From positions 31,126,001 through 31,190,000 of the forward strand of contig NC_087436.1 of the NCBI RefSeq assembly GCF_036321535.1: a stretch of 64,000 bases of DNA, written 5' to 3'. The position numbers and the translations under genes are program-made. This DNA comes from Camelus dromedarius. Lineage: Eukaryota. The notes beneath the pieces are model-generated. The model ran no database searches and was not told where the DNA came from. It was given only the letters and a program-made list of their open reading frames with translations. Numbering within the stretch: position 1 is the first letter of the stretch; each line of letters starts with the position of its first letter. Below, one piece after another: positions 39,018 to 50,689 of this stretch.

Positions 39018-39560
39018 TCACTCATTCATTCAACGATATTTGCTGTATTACTTCAACTCTATTTGCCAAGTCATATGCAGGGGGATGATTATTTGAAAAA
39101 AAAAAAAAATGTGGTTCTACCCTCAAAGCACTTGCAATAGAGTGGAAGGGACTAACATTAAGAAAGTAAATGCAAACATAAACATATAATTGCAAATTGT
39201 GGTAAATACAAGCAAATTTTTGCTATGAAGCAAACACACAGTAAGAGGACCTATCCAGCTATGGGAAGAAATTGAAAGAATGCCAAGTAAGCCCAGACCT
39301 GAATTACCAGAAGGAGCCAGAAACTGATTGAACAATTAAAGTAAGACCAGTGTGACCAGAATTTGATAATTACAGAGGAAGTATGAAGGTAGAGTTTGGA
39401 GAAGCAGGTATATAATAGCTTTTACATGGCCCATTAAGGAGTTATGGGTTCTATTTAAAGAGTATTGAAATATCATTATAGGATTTATAAAAAGGAGAGA
39501 AAAATATTCAGAATTATGTTCTGCTGAAATTGTCAAGAATACATTGGAGGGACTTTTGCT
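39018..39560 (-). mobile_element. L2 LINE fragment
   Basis: CACTCATTCATTCAACGATATTTGCTG (L2 3' end, reverse complement) followed by purine-rich L2-type text. Confidence 0.65.
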
Positions 39561-40215
39561 TGGTATGGTATAGTTCATAAAATACCATGATGCACTCATG
39601 CAGTATTAAGTATGAATAAAGCATATTTTTAATGCATTCTGAGCTCACAGAAAGTAGGGATTAAAAAGTGGGAAGGAAAAAGGACAGACTGGAAAAAGAA
39701 ATGGAGAATGGGAAACTAACCTAGATATGGAGATAGCAACTGAATAAGGCCAGGAGTTCCTTCAAAAATAGGAGTGTTTCACATATTCCTGAATTTCACA
39801 CATCAAGCTGCTTATTCCCAATGGAGGTTAAAATGATCAAAAGGATCCTGGGTTTGTAACATAGCCTACTACCCAGCAAGGAAAAGGAAACAAAATCCTC
39901 CTCGGAGTAAACATTTCAAATCGAATTCTCTTTTCTTTATGTCTAAAGTTAAAAAAAAATACAAAATTCATAATGCCTGAGTTTCTATTCTGCTCATTCT
40001 CTGACAGAAAGGTCTTGATGTCTGAGTGGAGCTGGGCTTCCTTGAGAATGGAGAAAGACCTTAAAAATTTGTTCAGAGCCAAGGCTCCCTGGAACCTAGT
40101 ATTTGAAGAGTCTGAGAATTAATGGAATTCCACAGCCACCAAATAGAGAAAGCAAGCCATTCCCCAAGTCTCTGGAACGTTATCTCAGATGGAATGGCAT
40201 TCCCTGATACCAGGG

Positions 40216-40378
40216 AACTGTATCCTGGTGAGGGTGAAACCAAGATACTCTCTCTTTCTCTCTCAGACTGTTTTTCTCTCTCTCCCTCCCTTTCTCTTCC
40301 TATGGGCAGAGAAAAACAGCCTGAGAGGGGGTTGGGAGATAGAGAATATCTTGGTTTCACCCTCACCAGGATACAGTT
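40216..40378. repeat. Long inverted repeat / hairpin
   Basis: 40216-40247 AACTGTATCCTGGTGAGGGTGAAACCAAGATA is the exact reverse complement of 40347-40378. Inner arms 40260-40279 and 40308-40327 match at 19/20. Central spacer of 28 nt. Confidence 0.97.
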
Positions 40379-41602
40379 GTCTAGAATTCATGACCTAGAA
40401 TTTTCATTCAAATGGGAGAAACTGCCACAGAAGGTTAATTTTGGCACTATGTCTCTACCAAAGTTCGGAGATACACATCTATGGAATCTGCCCCCTGTGG
40501 AAGGCTTCTCTTTCATGTGTAGTTAATAAATTCAAAGCCAATGTGAGAACACAGGGCTACTGAAATTTGGAGAAGACACATGAATTCATGTTCAATCTCT
40601 TCACAGATCCGTCTCTTAGCTATGAATGCTAGGTCAAAAAGACACAAAGGACAACAAAATTTAAAGCAACTAATCTATAGCATCTATCTAGGCCAGCAGA
40701 TAAGAATTTAAAGGTAAACCTTCACTCCGTGATAGGATTTAGATGCTGTTGCAGTTTAAACTCTCCACCTATAGACCTGATTAGGAAACACAGTAAAAGC
40801 AGCAAATATAGTTCAGGACCCTAATGTCATATAGGCTGTATCTGGAAAGACTCTCTTTTTCCTAGAGTTGAGTCTGCCTCTGATGTCCCTGCTTACCAAA
40901 GCCTCCACAGCCCTGGCAGAGGCGTTGAGGTCCACACAACCCAAGTGTGTGTGCATGTAGGTCAAGCTGCAGTAGCCAGTGTCTAATAAGTGGCCACCCC
41001 TAGGGCTGTCAGCATGTGCTGAGTCTGTCTACCAACACCAGAGAGGGCCATGCGTCTGCTAAGGACTTCAGCCTCCGTGAAGTCACCTGTGGCCTGCAGC
41101 TCCTCAAAGACACATGCTTCCACTAAAGATGAGTTCTGCCCTTGTGACATTCCACTGAAGCACTTTCTTACCTAAAGCTGTTTTTGAGCTCTACTTCACT
41201 GAGCACCAGACATTTTTCCGAGTCCTTAATCTTTGATGAGGACCAGGTCTCTCCCTTTATATAAACAAACTATTTCTCTATGCAAAAACAAAACAAAAAA
41301 CTATACATTGCTGTGACCTTCAAACATAATAAATGCCATGAAATCCAAGATTCATTGGATCTCATTTTAAGAGGTAAAAACTAACTGCACATCTGTAAAA
41401 ACTGGCTACATTAGCCAGTATAAGTCTCTAAAAACTGTCAATGCCAAAAATCCACATGGCTTATATTTAATAAAACACCACCATTGTTCAAAGTCACCTA
41501 CCTTGGCTTTACCAGAAGCCTAATTTCTCCATATGTATTTTACTGTTCCAAAGATGTTATTACCAGTTTATTTCTGAAGATTCCTAGCTCCATGTTCTAA
41601 AT

Positions 41603-41771
41603 TAGGAGTCAGTAAACATTTTCTGTAAAGGACCAGATTGTAAATATATTAGGCTTTGCAAGCCACATACAGTCTTTGTTGCATATTTATCTGTATTTTT
41701 TGCACAACCTTTAAAAAACTAAACCAGGTTATGGCCAAATTTAAACCTGGACTATAGTTTTCCAATTCCTA
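41603..41771. mobile_element. MER58-type hAT-Charlie MITE
   Basis: TAGGAGTCAGTAAACATTTTCTGTAAAGGACCAGATTGTAAATATATTAGGCTTTGCAAGCCAC. The 8-bp flanks TTCTAAAT and GTCTAGAT match at 6/8, fitting the NTCTAGAN target site. Confidence 0.85.
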
Positions 41772-42249
41772 GTCTAGATGTCGAGGTCTTTGATGTCACA
41801 GTCACATATCTAAAGCCTTTTCAAACCCTCAAACGGTCAGTTTGTGATCTAGAAAGGCAGAAGAGACGCTTCTAAAATCATTGGGAAGGAAATGAGAATA
41901 TTCTCTGGATAGACAGGTAGTATTTCAAGAGGGAAGAAGGAGAGTAAACAATTAAATAACTGTTGGTTTTCCCCATTGGCACAGAACCTGGGTTCTAAAA
42001 ACTTACAGCATGAGCACTTCCTTGGCAGGGTCAAGCACACTTCCGAGAGGAAGGAAAGAAGAAAGGTGGTGCAGGTGCGCTGTAACTCACAAATCACTCC
42101 TGAGAGGAGTGAGAGAGGGTAGAAAGAGGCTAGGCGTTGCATAATAGAAAAAAAAATGAGTAGTGAAGAAGCCTTTCTCATCTTAAAATAATACTCAGGA
42201 GAAGTTAGCTATTGACTCAATTCTTCAATTTTTCCTTCACAGAAATTAT

Positions 42250-43020
42250 TATGAATTGCAACTATTTTATTTTCCTGTGTTTCATCTTGTCTATCTCCCT
42301 TTGAGAAAATGAGTTTCTAAGGGGGAGGCTTATGTCCAACTTATTCATGATTATTTCCCAAGACTACGAGATTTTTAGCACTATATCAGGCACATTGTAA
42401 ACCCTCAAGATAGGGAAAAGTCGAGTGTAGAATAGGTGTTGAAGTGGCGGTAAGGGGAGACATCAAGAGTTTAGTTTTGGATATATTAAGTTTTAAATAC
42501 CTGGAATATACCTGGATGTGAAGATGTCAAGTAGACACCTGGACACAGTTTGGGAACCAGGGGAGGAAGATTTAAACTGATTTATAAGTTCACAATTCAT
42601 CAACATAGAGGTGGAATTACTTATGGGGAGAATTTACTAGCAAAATATACCCAGACCTGGTACTACCTTGATGAATTGTGCAATGTTTAGGTATAGGATA
42701 AGAGAAGGAAATTGGGAAATAAAAGGGAGAAAATTGGTAGGAAAATCAGGACAACATGATGTACAGGAAACCAAGAGAGGGAGGGCAGTGTTCTAAATTG
42801 GATGGTGTAGATTGCTGAGTGCTGCTGAGAGGTCAGATAGGATGAGAACATAACACAAATCATTTGATTTAGCAACATGCAAGTCACTGGCAGGGCATTT
42901 TGTTGGAGCTGGGGAGGGAGTTTATGTGTGAATGTAGTTTGATGACTTGGGAATATGGAAGTCTTAGGTAGATCAGCTTTTGTGAGTATATAAATAGGTG
43001 GGAGAGGAGACAGAGAAATG
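42250..43020. mobile_element. L2 fragments (short + piece at about 42250-42410, longer - piece at about 42420-43020)
   Basis: CATCAAGAGTTTAGTTTTGGATATATTAAGTTTTAAATACCT; GATTTAGCAACATGCAAGTCACTGG. Confidence 0.7.
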
Positions 43021-43772
43021 AACCTGTCTATTAAATCAGGCAAAAACCTTTGCCTTGCATTAGATTTCAGAGACATTTTGTTCTGTGCTTAATTTTTGAT
43101 GAAGGAGCAGTGGCTACCTCTAAGTGCCAGATCTCAGTTCATAAAATCTTGGTGTATGTAATGTTACCTTGCAAAAGATAGACAGTCTATGAAATCTGCT
43201 ATAACTAGAGGCTACTGAGTCAAATTCTAGAGCTGCATGTTTACAAAGATCTGGATGACTTTGTGAACATTGACAACTGTATTAAGTATGGAAGTTCAGA
43301 TAACAAGAGCAATCAAATTTGATGCTTCAGGGTATAAACTGCCTGCAGGGCTCAAAAAGGAATTTTCTCTCTGTCCCTTGCACTGTGTATAATACTGAAT
43401 ACTTGGGTAGACACATCAGAAGGGCTGAGTGAAGAAGCAACAAGGTTCACAGTCTCTGAAATGTGAGGCTTGGTCATTACAGAAGTCAAGAAGCTGAACC
43501 ATCTGTTATCAAAGAGTTGTGATTTCTAGTATGCGAACTAATGTGTTGAAATATGCAGTACTAAATCTCCAAAGAAAGCAAACATATAGCATTGCACAAT
43601 AACTTTAGAAATTTCCACATTAATAAATAAAAAGTTTAAAGCAACATGAATATGGAAAATTAATCATCCCTTCAACTATGGCTGTTTCTTAGCTACAAAT
43701 ATTCAGTGAGGTTATCACTGATTAGTTTCAGGTAAACATTAAGATTGTATGTCTACTTAAAAGTCAACTAAG

Positions 43773-44260
43773 ACTACTCAGCCATAAAAAATAATAAAAT
43801 AATGCCATTTGCAGTAACACAGATGAACCTGGAGAATGTCATTCTAAGTGAGGCAAGCCAGAAAGAAAGAAAAATACCATATGATACTGCTCATATATGG
43901 AATGGAAAAAAAAAAAAAGACAAATGAACTTATTTACAAAACAGAAACAGACTCATAGACATAGAAAACAAACTTACGGTTACCAGAGTAGGGGGAAGAG
44001 GGTGGGAAGGGATAAATTGGGGGTTTGACATTTGCAGATACTCACTAATATATATATATAAAATAGATAAACAACCAAGTTTATAGTGTATAGCACAGGG
44101 AACTATATTCAATATCTTGTAGTAACTTATGTTGAAAAAGAATATGAAAACTAATATATGTATGTTCATATATGACTGAAGCGTCGTGCTGTACACCAGA
44201 AATTGACACAACATTGTAAACTGACTACACTTCAATAAAAATATTTTAAAAATAAATAAA
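43773..44260 (+). mobile_element. Young 5'-truncated L1 with perfect TSD
   Basis: L1 3' end flanked by an identical TAAAAGTCAACTAAG at 43758-43772 and 44261-44275. The left flank reads TT/AAAA, the canonical L1 endonuclease site. Confidence 0.97.
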
Positions 44261-45083
44261 TAAAAGTCAACTAAGTAAATCAAGTTAAAAGAAATGAAAA
44301 CAAAAACTGAATTCGGTGCATGTTCACACAGGCACTTGAAGTGCATATAGCTTTTCCCCCCCAAATTCTTATTTCTTCTATGAGCAATAATATTACAGAT
44401 GATAAAATGGATTATGAAGGCATTAACAACTGCCCTAAATCCTGTTAATATGGCTACTGTTTGAAGGCTATGTGAAATATTTACTGGTAACTTTTTATTA
44501 GACTATTAGTATTCAACATTCCTAACTACTGCATCACTTTAACCTATCTATTTTTTCCAGCATGAAAACACATTTTCATATGTGTACATATTCCTGACCT
44601 TTAGTGGAACAAAAGGCCATTGACCAAATACTTGAGGTATTGGAGCTGCTGTTTCATTCGACCAATTAAGCTGCACTTCCCATTTGTAAGGGCAAAAATG
44701 AAATCTTATTGACACTGTGTAGGTGGAAAAACAGATTACAGTAGTTTTATGCTTATAAATTAGCAATGCACTTTGACTTATAAAAGAGAAACAAGAATAA
44801 TAATTTTTACTTGAATGACAAATTAATAATCACCATAGTCATCTTGGAATATAAAAAATAATAATATAAAATATACAAAAGAACATCTCTTCATGTCTTC
44901 CTCTTGACTGATCAGCCCTTTCCTTAAGCAAATGACCATGATTCGAAACCAAAAGAATCCAAGGTTTCATGAGAGAGATAATACATTAAACAAATGTAAT
45001 TTAAAAGTATTTCTAATACTATTTTCCATTAACAGCCCAGGGTTTTTTGTTTTAAAAAATAATCTCAACTAAAATTATGGGGG

Positions 45084-45093
45084 GTGTGTGTGT

Positions 45094-45135
<42 letters not shown>
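45084..45135. repeat. (GT)n microsatellite, one interruption
   Basis: Read directly. Confidence 0.96.
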
Positions 45136-45139
<4 letters not shown>

Positions 45140-45489
45140 AAGAGAGATTTTATGATTTCCTGACAAAACAAAGTCCCCAAATAAGGTTGAGAACCATTAC
45201 TTTCTAACTCAAAGCTGAATGCACTGAATGTTGAGACATCAGATGGTTTAAAATGAATAGCAAGGGAAAGAGATACTACAAATTCTGTGAATCCATCAAT
45301 AACAATTAATTACAAAACCATCATATAGCCACCATTGTGTTTAGTAGAATGATGAAAAGTAAACATTTTTAAGAATGATTAAATGCTCTATGAAACCATA
45401 GCTTATAAGTGTGTGTGTGAGAGAGAGAGAATTATTATGCTAATGTAATCAAACAAAATAGAAAGTTTACTGTTGGGTGTGATGAAAAT

Positions 45490-45700
45490 ACTGATAGTCA
45501 AGGAGTTAGGCAAGTTGACTTCAAACTGTATCTTTAACACTTATCTCTACGAGCTGTGCCATACTAGAAAAATATTTAAACTCCCTCACCTACAGATACG
45601 GGAAAAATAGTCAATCTCACAGGGTTGCTGTGAGTGTCCAAAAAGATGTGTGAGGCATCACTTAACATAGTTTCTGCCACATGGGAGGTGACAGATGTCA
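45490..45700 (+). mobile_element. MIR SINE (diverged)
   Basis: GAGTTAGGCAAG...AATCTCACAGGGTTGCTGTGAG...CACTTAACATAGTTTCTGCCACAT. Confidence 0.6.
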
Positions 45701-46107
45701 ATCAAGTTTCTCTTACCAAGAAGTTTCCTCTTTGGCACCCCTTCACTCCTTATTACTGCCAGTTCTTCCTCTTATGTCCACCTACATGCTCAAGGTGAGT
45801 CAAGCCTGACAATCTGTCCCTCTCCTGACAGGAAATTATTATAAAAGAAACTAATTCAGGTCCAAGTCCTCCTTGATACTAGTGGCTTATATTTGTAGTG
45901 CAGAGTTCTTGCCTGCATTTTTAACCTGTTCCTATCCATTTCCCAGAATCCCTAGTGGTGACTATCTCACTGGATTTCCATATGCTGCTGCTCTAGAGCA
46001 CTGACTGGCAGATGACGTCATCCCAAGGCTTGTGCAAGATGACCTCCAGCATGCAGGAATAAAATATCAGAACTTCAATTAGTATTTTTTTTTTAGTATA
46101 TCTTTTA

Positions 46108-46178
46108 AGAAATTCTACTGCATGTGTAATTTTAAACATACAGAAATTCTACTGTGTGTGTAATTTTAAACATACAGA
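46108..46178. repeat. Tandem duplication, 34-bp unit x2
   Basis: AGAAATTCTACTG[CA/TG]TGTGTAATTTTAAACATAC at 46108-46141 and 46142-46175. Confidence 0.95.
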
Positions 46179-46254
46179 GCAAATGTATAGCAGTAGATGT
46201 AAACATAAAATACACAAATAAATGAGTATTAGTATAATACTAAACAAGAACCCA

Positions 46255-46470
46255 CCACGTGCTAAGCACTCATTTGAGTGCTTTACTGATATTGCCACTT
46301 AATCATTATAATTCTGCGATCATCCCCATTTTACAGGTGAAGAAACCAAGTCACAGTAAGAAGTTAAGTAACTTACCTAGGTCACATAGCTACCAGAGGC
46401 AGAACACAGATTCCAATCAAGGCAGTCAGACTCCAGGTTCCAAAGTTTGTATTCTTTATCACTGGGCCAA
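46255..46470 (-). mobile_element. MIR SINE
   Basis: CATCCCCATTTTACAGGTGAAGAAACC...AAGTTAAGTAACTTACCTAGGTCACATAGCTA...GGCAGTCAGACTCCAG. Confidence 0.88.
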
Positions 46471-47199
46471 ATTGTCTTTATGTACAAAGACTATAGATGT
46501 AAAAAATATACACATATGTGTATTATATGTAAATAGAGTGTATGCATGCTCTGAAGGGAGGACTTGAACACTTGCCCCATTTCTCTACTGGCTGAGAAAA
46601 AATGGTAAGAATATAAAAATTCCAAAAAAGTTTAGACATCAGAGAACAGAGGAGACAAGTGCCTTGTTCTGGGTAAAGCCCTAGGAAGTAGTCTTCCGTC
46701 CAACCTACACTTTTCCTCCCTTCCTTCCCCTTCCCTCCCTTCCTCATAGAATCTTGTTCTGTTTTTATGTATATAGTATCTTCTCAACTGTCTCCACAGT
46801 CACAAATTAACTTTTTTTTATGTTTTCTTTGTTTTTCTTGCACTTTGTTTTCTCTGAGGTCATCGTATCATACTTCTTCAAATATCTGTTTTGCATTGAC
46901 TGTTTATTTCTTATAAAATAGTAGGTGGATTTTAGAACACAGGCTATAGCAGAGATAATTGGCTTATTTCTTTAGTAGGTGTATACATTGTCTACAAAAG
47001 TCCTTGCCTGAATGGAAGTTCTTTCTTACAGTGTGTTTTGGTCAATTTTTTTATTTACAGAGGATAAAAAGTAGCTGTGATTGATTTAGCAAATGAGTAA
47101 TTCACTGAAAATATATTAAATCTCCTCCTTTTCCTTTACCTCTTTTCTTTCTTTTCCCCTTTTTTTCTTTGTGGACAACTCAGTCAAAAAACCATTTTT

Positions 47200-48150
47200 T
47201 AATGCTGAGCTATGGGGGCTAGTGTAGGGTGTCAAAATGGGGTGGCTGGGCTTTTGCTGAGGAGAGAAGAGGAACCTGAACAGAGTAAGGAGAGAGTCTG
47301 TGTGGAGGAGAGGTGGGGTTCTGGCATGAGCAGGATAAGGAGAGTGACCCGTGCAAGATACTCACTGTGAGTGACCTGAGAAAAGCATTCATGCAGGAGT
47401 GGTGGATGGTGTCAGAATCAACCCAGTGGAGGATTTAGAGCTTAAGTAGAGAGAAGAGGGAGTCAATGGGTGGGCAGGTGCCCCAGTAAATGGTTTGGAG
47501 ACTAAGAAAAGTGTTGAAGTCACCTAAGAAGGAGGAGGCTCAGGATAGGGTGTTGGAATCCAAACAGTGAGAAGGTGTAGATTCCACACTGTGACCAGGG
47601 ACTGATATGTGGGGATAGTGACAAAAGGTTGGTTAGATATATGGAGATAGATATCAAAAATCAATATATGGAAAATAACAGGAGCCGGACCTCTCACTGC
47701 CTGTTAGCTACAATATGGCCATAGCAATGAAGACATCTAGTTCCCAAATATTGGTGTCTAAACACATTCTCACTAAAAGGCATGAGAACTCATTGAGGAA
47801 AGGGTTAATTCCAAGGCTGGAGGAAGGAAAGTACCTGGAAGGTCTGAAATACTTTCTTATGCCAGAAAGAAAGTGATTAAATAATAAAGGAATCAAACAC
47901 TATCATTATCGAAAAGGCTCTCACTGGTCAAATCAGAGACTACTTGAGCATCAAAATGAAAAATAGTAAAGACTTAAAACTTATTAAATAAAGTTAAAAT
48001 ACATATTTCCATATTAATTTAATAAATAAGTAAATGAAATGAAAGTTTGAAAGGATATTAAGAAGGTCTAAAGGTAGTACCCCATTAAGTACTTATTTAT
48101 TTCAAAAGGTAAAACAGTAACTTCATAATACCTGGCAGATATCACCTTCC
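47200..48150 (+). mobile_element. L1MC-type 3'UTR fragment
   Basis: CCATAGCAATGAAGACATCTAGTTCCCAAATATTGGTGTCTAAACACATTCTC...TTTCTTATGCCAGAAAG...TACTTGAGCATCAAAAT. Confidence 0.7.
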
Positions 48151-48316
48151 ACAAGTAAACAGAATACATTATACAGAATTAAGCTTGAGCTCTGCCATAG
48201 ACTACCATAATTTACAAACCACTATAAAATGTAGAAATGGAAAACATAAATATTAAAATTTTACTTTAAAAATATAAATACAATGAAAACATTTAGAAAC
48301 TACCAATAAAGATGTA

Positions 48317-48980
48317 CAGTAGTCCCCCTTTATTTTACGGTTTCCCTTTCCAAGGTTTCAGTTACTTGTGGTCAACTGCAGTCCAAAAATACCAAATGGA
48401 AGATTCCAGAAATAAACAATTCACACACTTTAAAATGGGCCCCAACCTAAGTAGCATGACAAAATCACAGGCTGTCCCATTCTGAGCCACCCAATATCCA
48501 CAGTCATTGACATTGTCTGCTCCTGGCATCCAACCATTGACAATGCCATGGTTCCACAATCTAGGATCACCTGAAGCAGATGATCCTCCTTCTGACATAC
48601 GGTCAGAAAGTCAACAGTAGCCTCATACTTCATCACAATGTCTATGTCATTAACCTCACCTCATCCCATCACATAGGCATTTTATCATCTCACATCATCA
48701 CAAGAAGAAGGGTGAATACAACAGTATAGTAACATATTTTGAGAGAGAGAGAAAGAGAGCATGGCCACATAACTTTTATTATAGTATGGTTATCACTGTT
48801 CAATTTTATTATTAGTTATTATTGTTCATCTCTTACTGTGCCTGATTTATAAATCAAACTTTATCATAGGTTTTTAAATATATGAAAAGAACATATAATA
48901 CAGAAGGCTCAGTTCTATGCAAGTTTTAGGCATCCACTGAGTATCAGAATGTATTCCCCACAGATAAGGGGAAACAACTG
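48317..48980. mobile_element. MER44 (Tigger7-derived TcMar) non-autonomous element, apparently full length
   Basis: Terminal inverted repeats CAGTAGTCCCCCTT...AAGGGGAAACAACTG with TA dinucleotides on both sides (48315-16, 48981-82). Internal text is typical of MER44. Confidence 0.9.
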
Positions 48981-49905
48981 TAAAACCACCCATAATCCCA
49001 GAACATATATATATATATATAGACTGCTAAGAACGTTGTGGTGTATTTTCCTTCATACATTTAATGCAGTGATGTTCTGCCATGTATTCTGGTTTGTAAA
49101 ATGCTTTTTAATATATTGCATATCTTTCCATATCATCAAAAGGTTCTTCAGCATCATTTTAATAGTGGCCAAGTATTTCACTGAGTGGTTTAACATAATT
49201 TGTTTAACCCCCTATTATTGGAGATGCAGATATTTTTAAGAAATCATTTTAAAACATACATTTTTTTGCTAAAGAACCTTAAAATTCAACGGAGGACACA
49301 CATACAAATATTAATATTCTTTCTCAAAATCACAAAAATTGAGGTGGTAATTATTAAACTTCAACTTCTGAAGGCTTATGTTTAAGCAAGTTATTCACTT
49401 ACAAGATCCCACAGTGGGCCATTTTTCTGAATTAAGAAAAAGAGAACATTAAAAAAAAAACCCTCAAACTGATTAGATTTCTATTAAGACAAATACATTG
49501 ACAAAACATCCTTGGAGAGTAAGGGTTTGGAGTTCATGTCTTAAAGGGATATAACATATTGAAATGTTGGCTGTCACAGTAAAATGGTCAAAGTTTTTCA
49601 TGAAAACCTTTCCTGTTCATTTTGCCTCTCTATCATTTATCTTGTCAAACTCCACTTCTTATGGAAGTAAACCAATGATTTCATCATTGTTTCTTCTTTG
49701 CATTTCAAAGTTCAAATTCCATGGGGCTAGTAATTAACCATGTGAGAGTCTCATATCTTCAGGAAAATTTTTCTTTTTACCCAATCTTAATCCTTCTTTT
49801 CTGAGAAATTTTATTTATCATCAATAGTCTTTTCTGTTATTTTATCAGCAAGCAATTTTTTGATAACTACTCCCTAAATCTGGTGAAAAGAACAATTCTT
49901 TCTAG

Positions 49906-50062
49906 ACTAGAACATCTCAATTATAATTAGTCTAAAAATCACCTGGGGAATTTATTGAAATTCAGATTCTGATTTAGTGGGTCATGGGAGGGGCCTGAGA
50001 TTCTGCATTTCTAAAAACTTCCTGGATGTTGCTGGTCCATGGACTACACTTTGAATATCAAG
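49906..50062. mobile_element. MER5A/B hAT MITE
   Basis: AATCACCTGGGGAATTTATTGAAATTCAGATTCTGATTTAGTGGGTCATGGGAGGGGCCTGAGATTCTGCATTTCTAA...GGTCCATGGACTACACTTTGA. Confidence 0.9.
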
Positions 50063-50079
50063 ATTACAGTTGTACGTAA

Positions 50080-50530
50080 AGAAGGATGAGAGTTAACGAA
50101 TTACCCCCCAATTTAACAATGTAAAACACCTAACATTTATAATCCCACAGTTTCTTTGGTTCCGGAGTCCAGGAATGATTTAGTGAGTGCCTCAAAGTCT
50201 CAGGGTCTTAATAGCTACAATCAAAGTTTTGGTTCATCTGCAATTATCTCATGACTCAACTGGATCCCTCCCACTCTCACTTCCAAGGTCACTTAGGAGA
50301 CTGTCACTAGCTACTGGCTCAAGATATCAGTTCCTTGCCAAATGCTCTCCAAATCCATGACGTGCAGATTATTTCTCCTTGAATAAGGAATCAGAGAGAA
50401 ATTGAGAAAGAATTTCCAAGAGAGAAGCCACTGACATTTTATAACCTAATAACCCCTGCCGCATTCTATTCAGTAGAAGTTATTAAACACATTCCACACT
50501 GAAGGGGAGGGTATTTCATAAGAGTATAAA
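50080..50530 (-). mobile_element. MLT1 (MaLR) LTR
   Basis: ACATTTATAATCCCACAGTTTCTTTGGTTCCGGAGTCCAGG...CACTTCCAAGGTCACT...TTTTATAACCTAAT. Confidence 0.7.
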
Positions 50531-50689
50531 TAGTGAGTGGTATATTTCCCCTCAAAATCATTTCTCAAAGTTAAAAAGGAGGAAATAGTAAAAAGAAGGA
50601 TATTATAAAAGAGTGACCATATGAAAGATGTGTCCTTAGTACATACTGAGGTGATATCCCATGTCAGGGGACCAGAAAAGATACACATA

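Noticed and set aside
40073..40526. Overlapping ORFs on both strands sharing the peptides RVKPRYSL and ILVSPSPGYS
   Set aside because: The shared peptides are a direct consequence of the inverted repeat, and the CT/GA low-complexity sequence suppresses stop codons.
46710..46745. Polypyrimidine tract (possible H-DNA)
   Set aside because: Short, ordinary low-complexity sequence.
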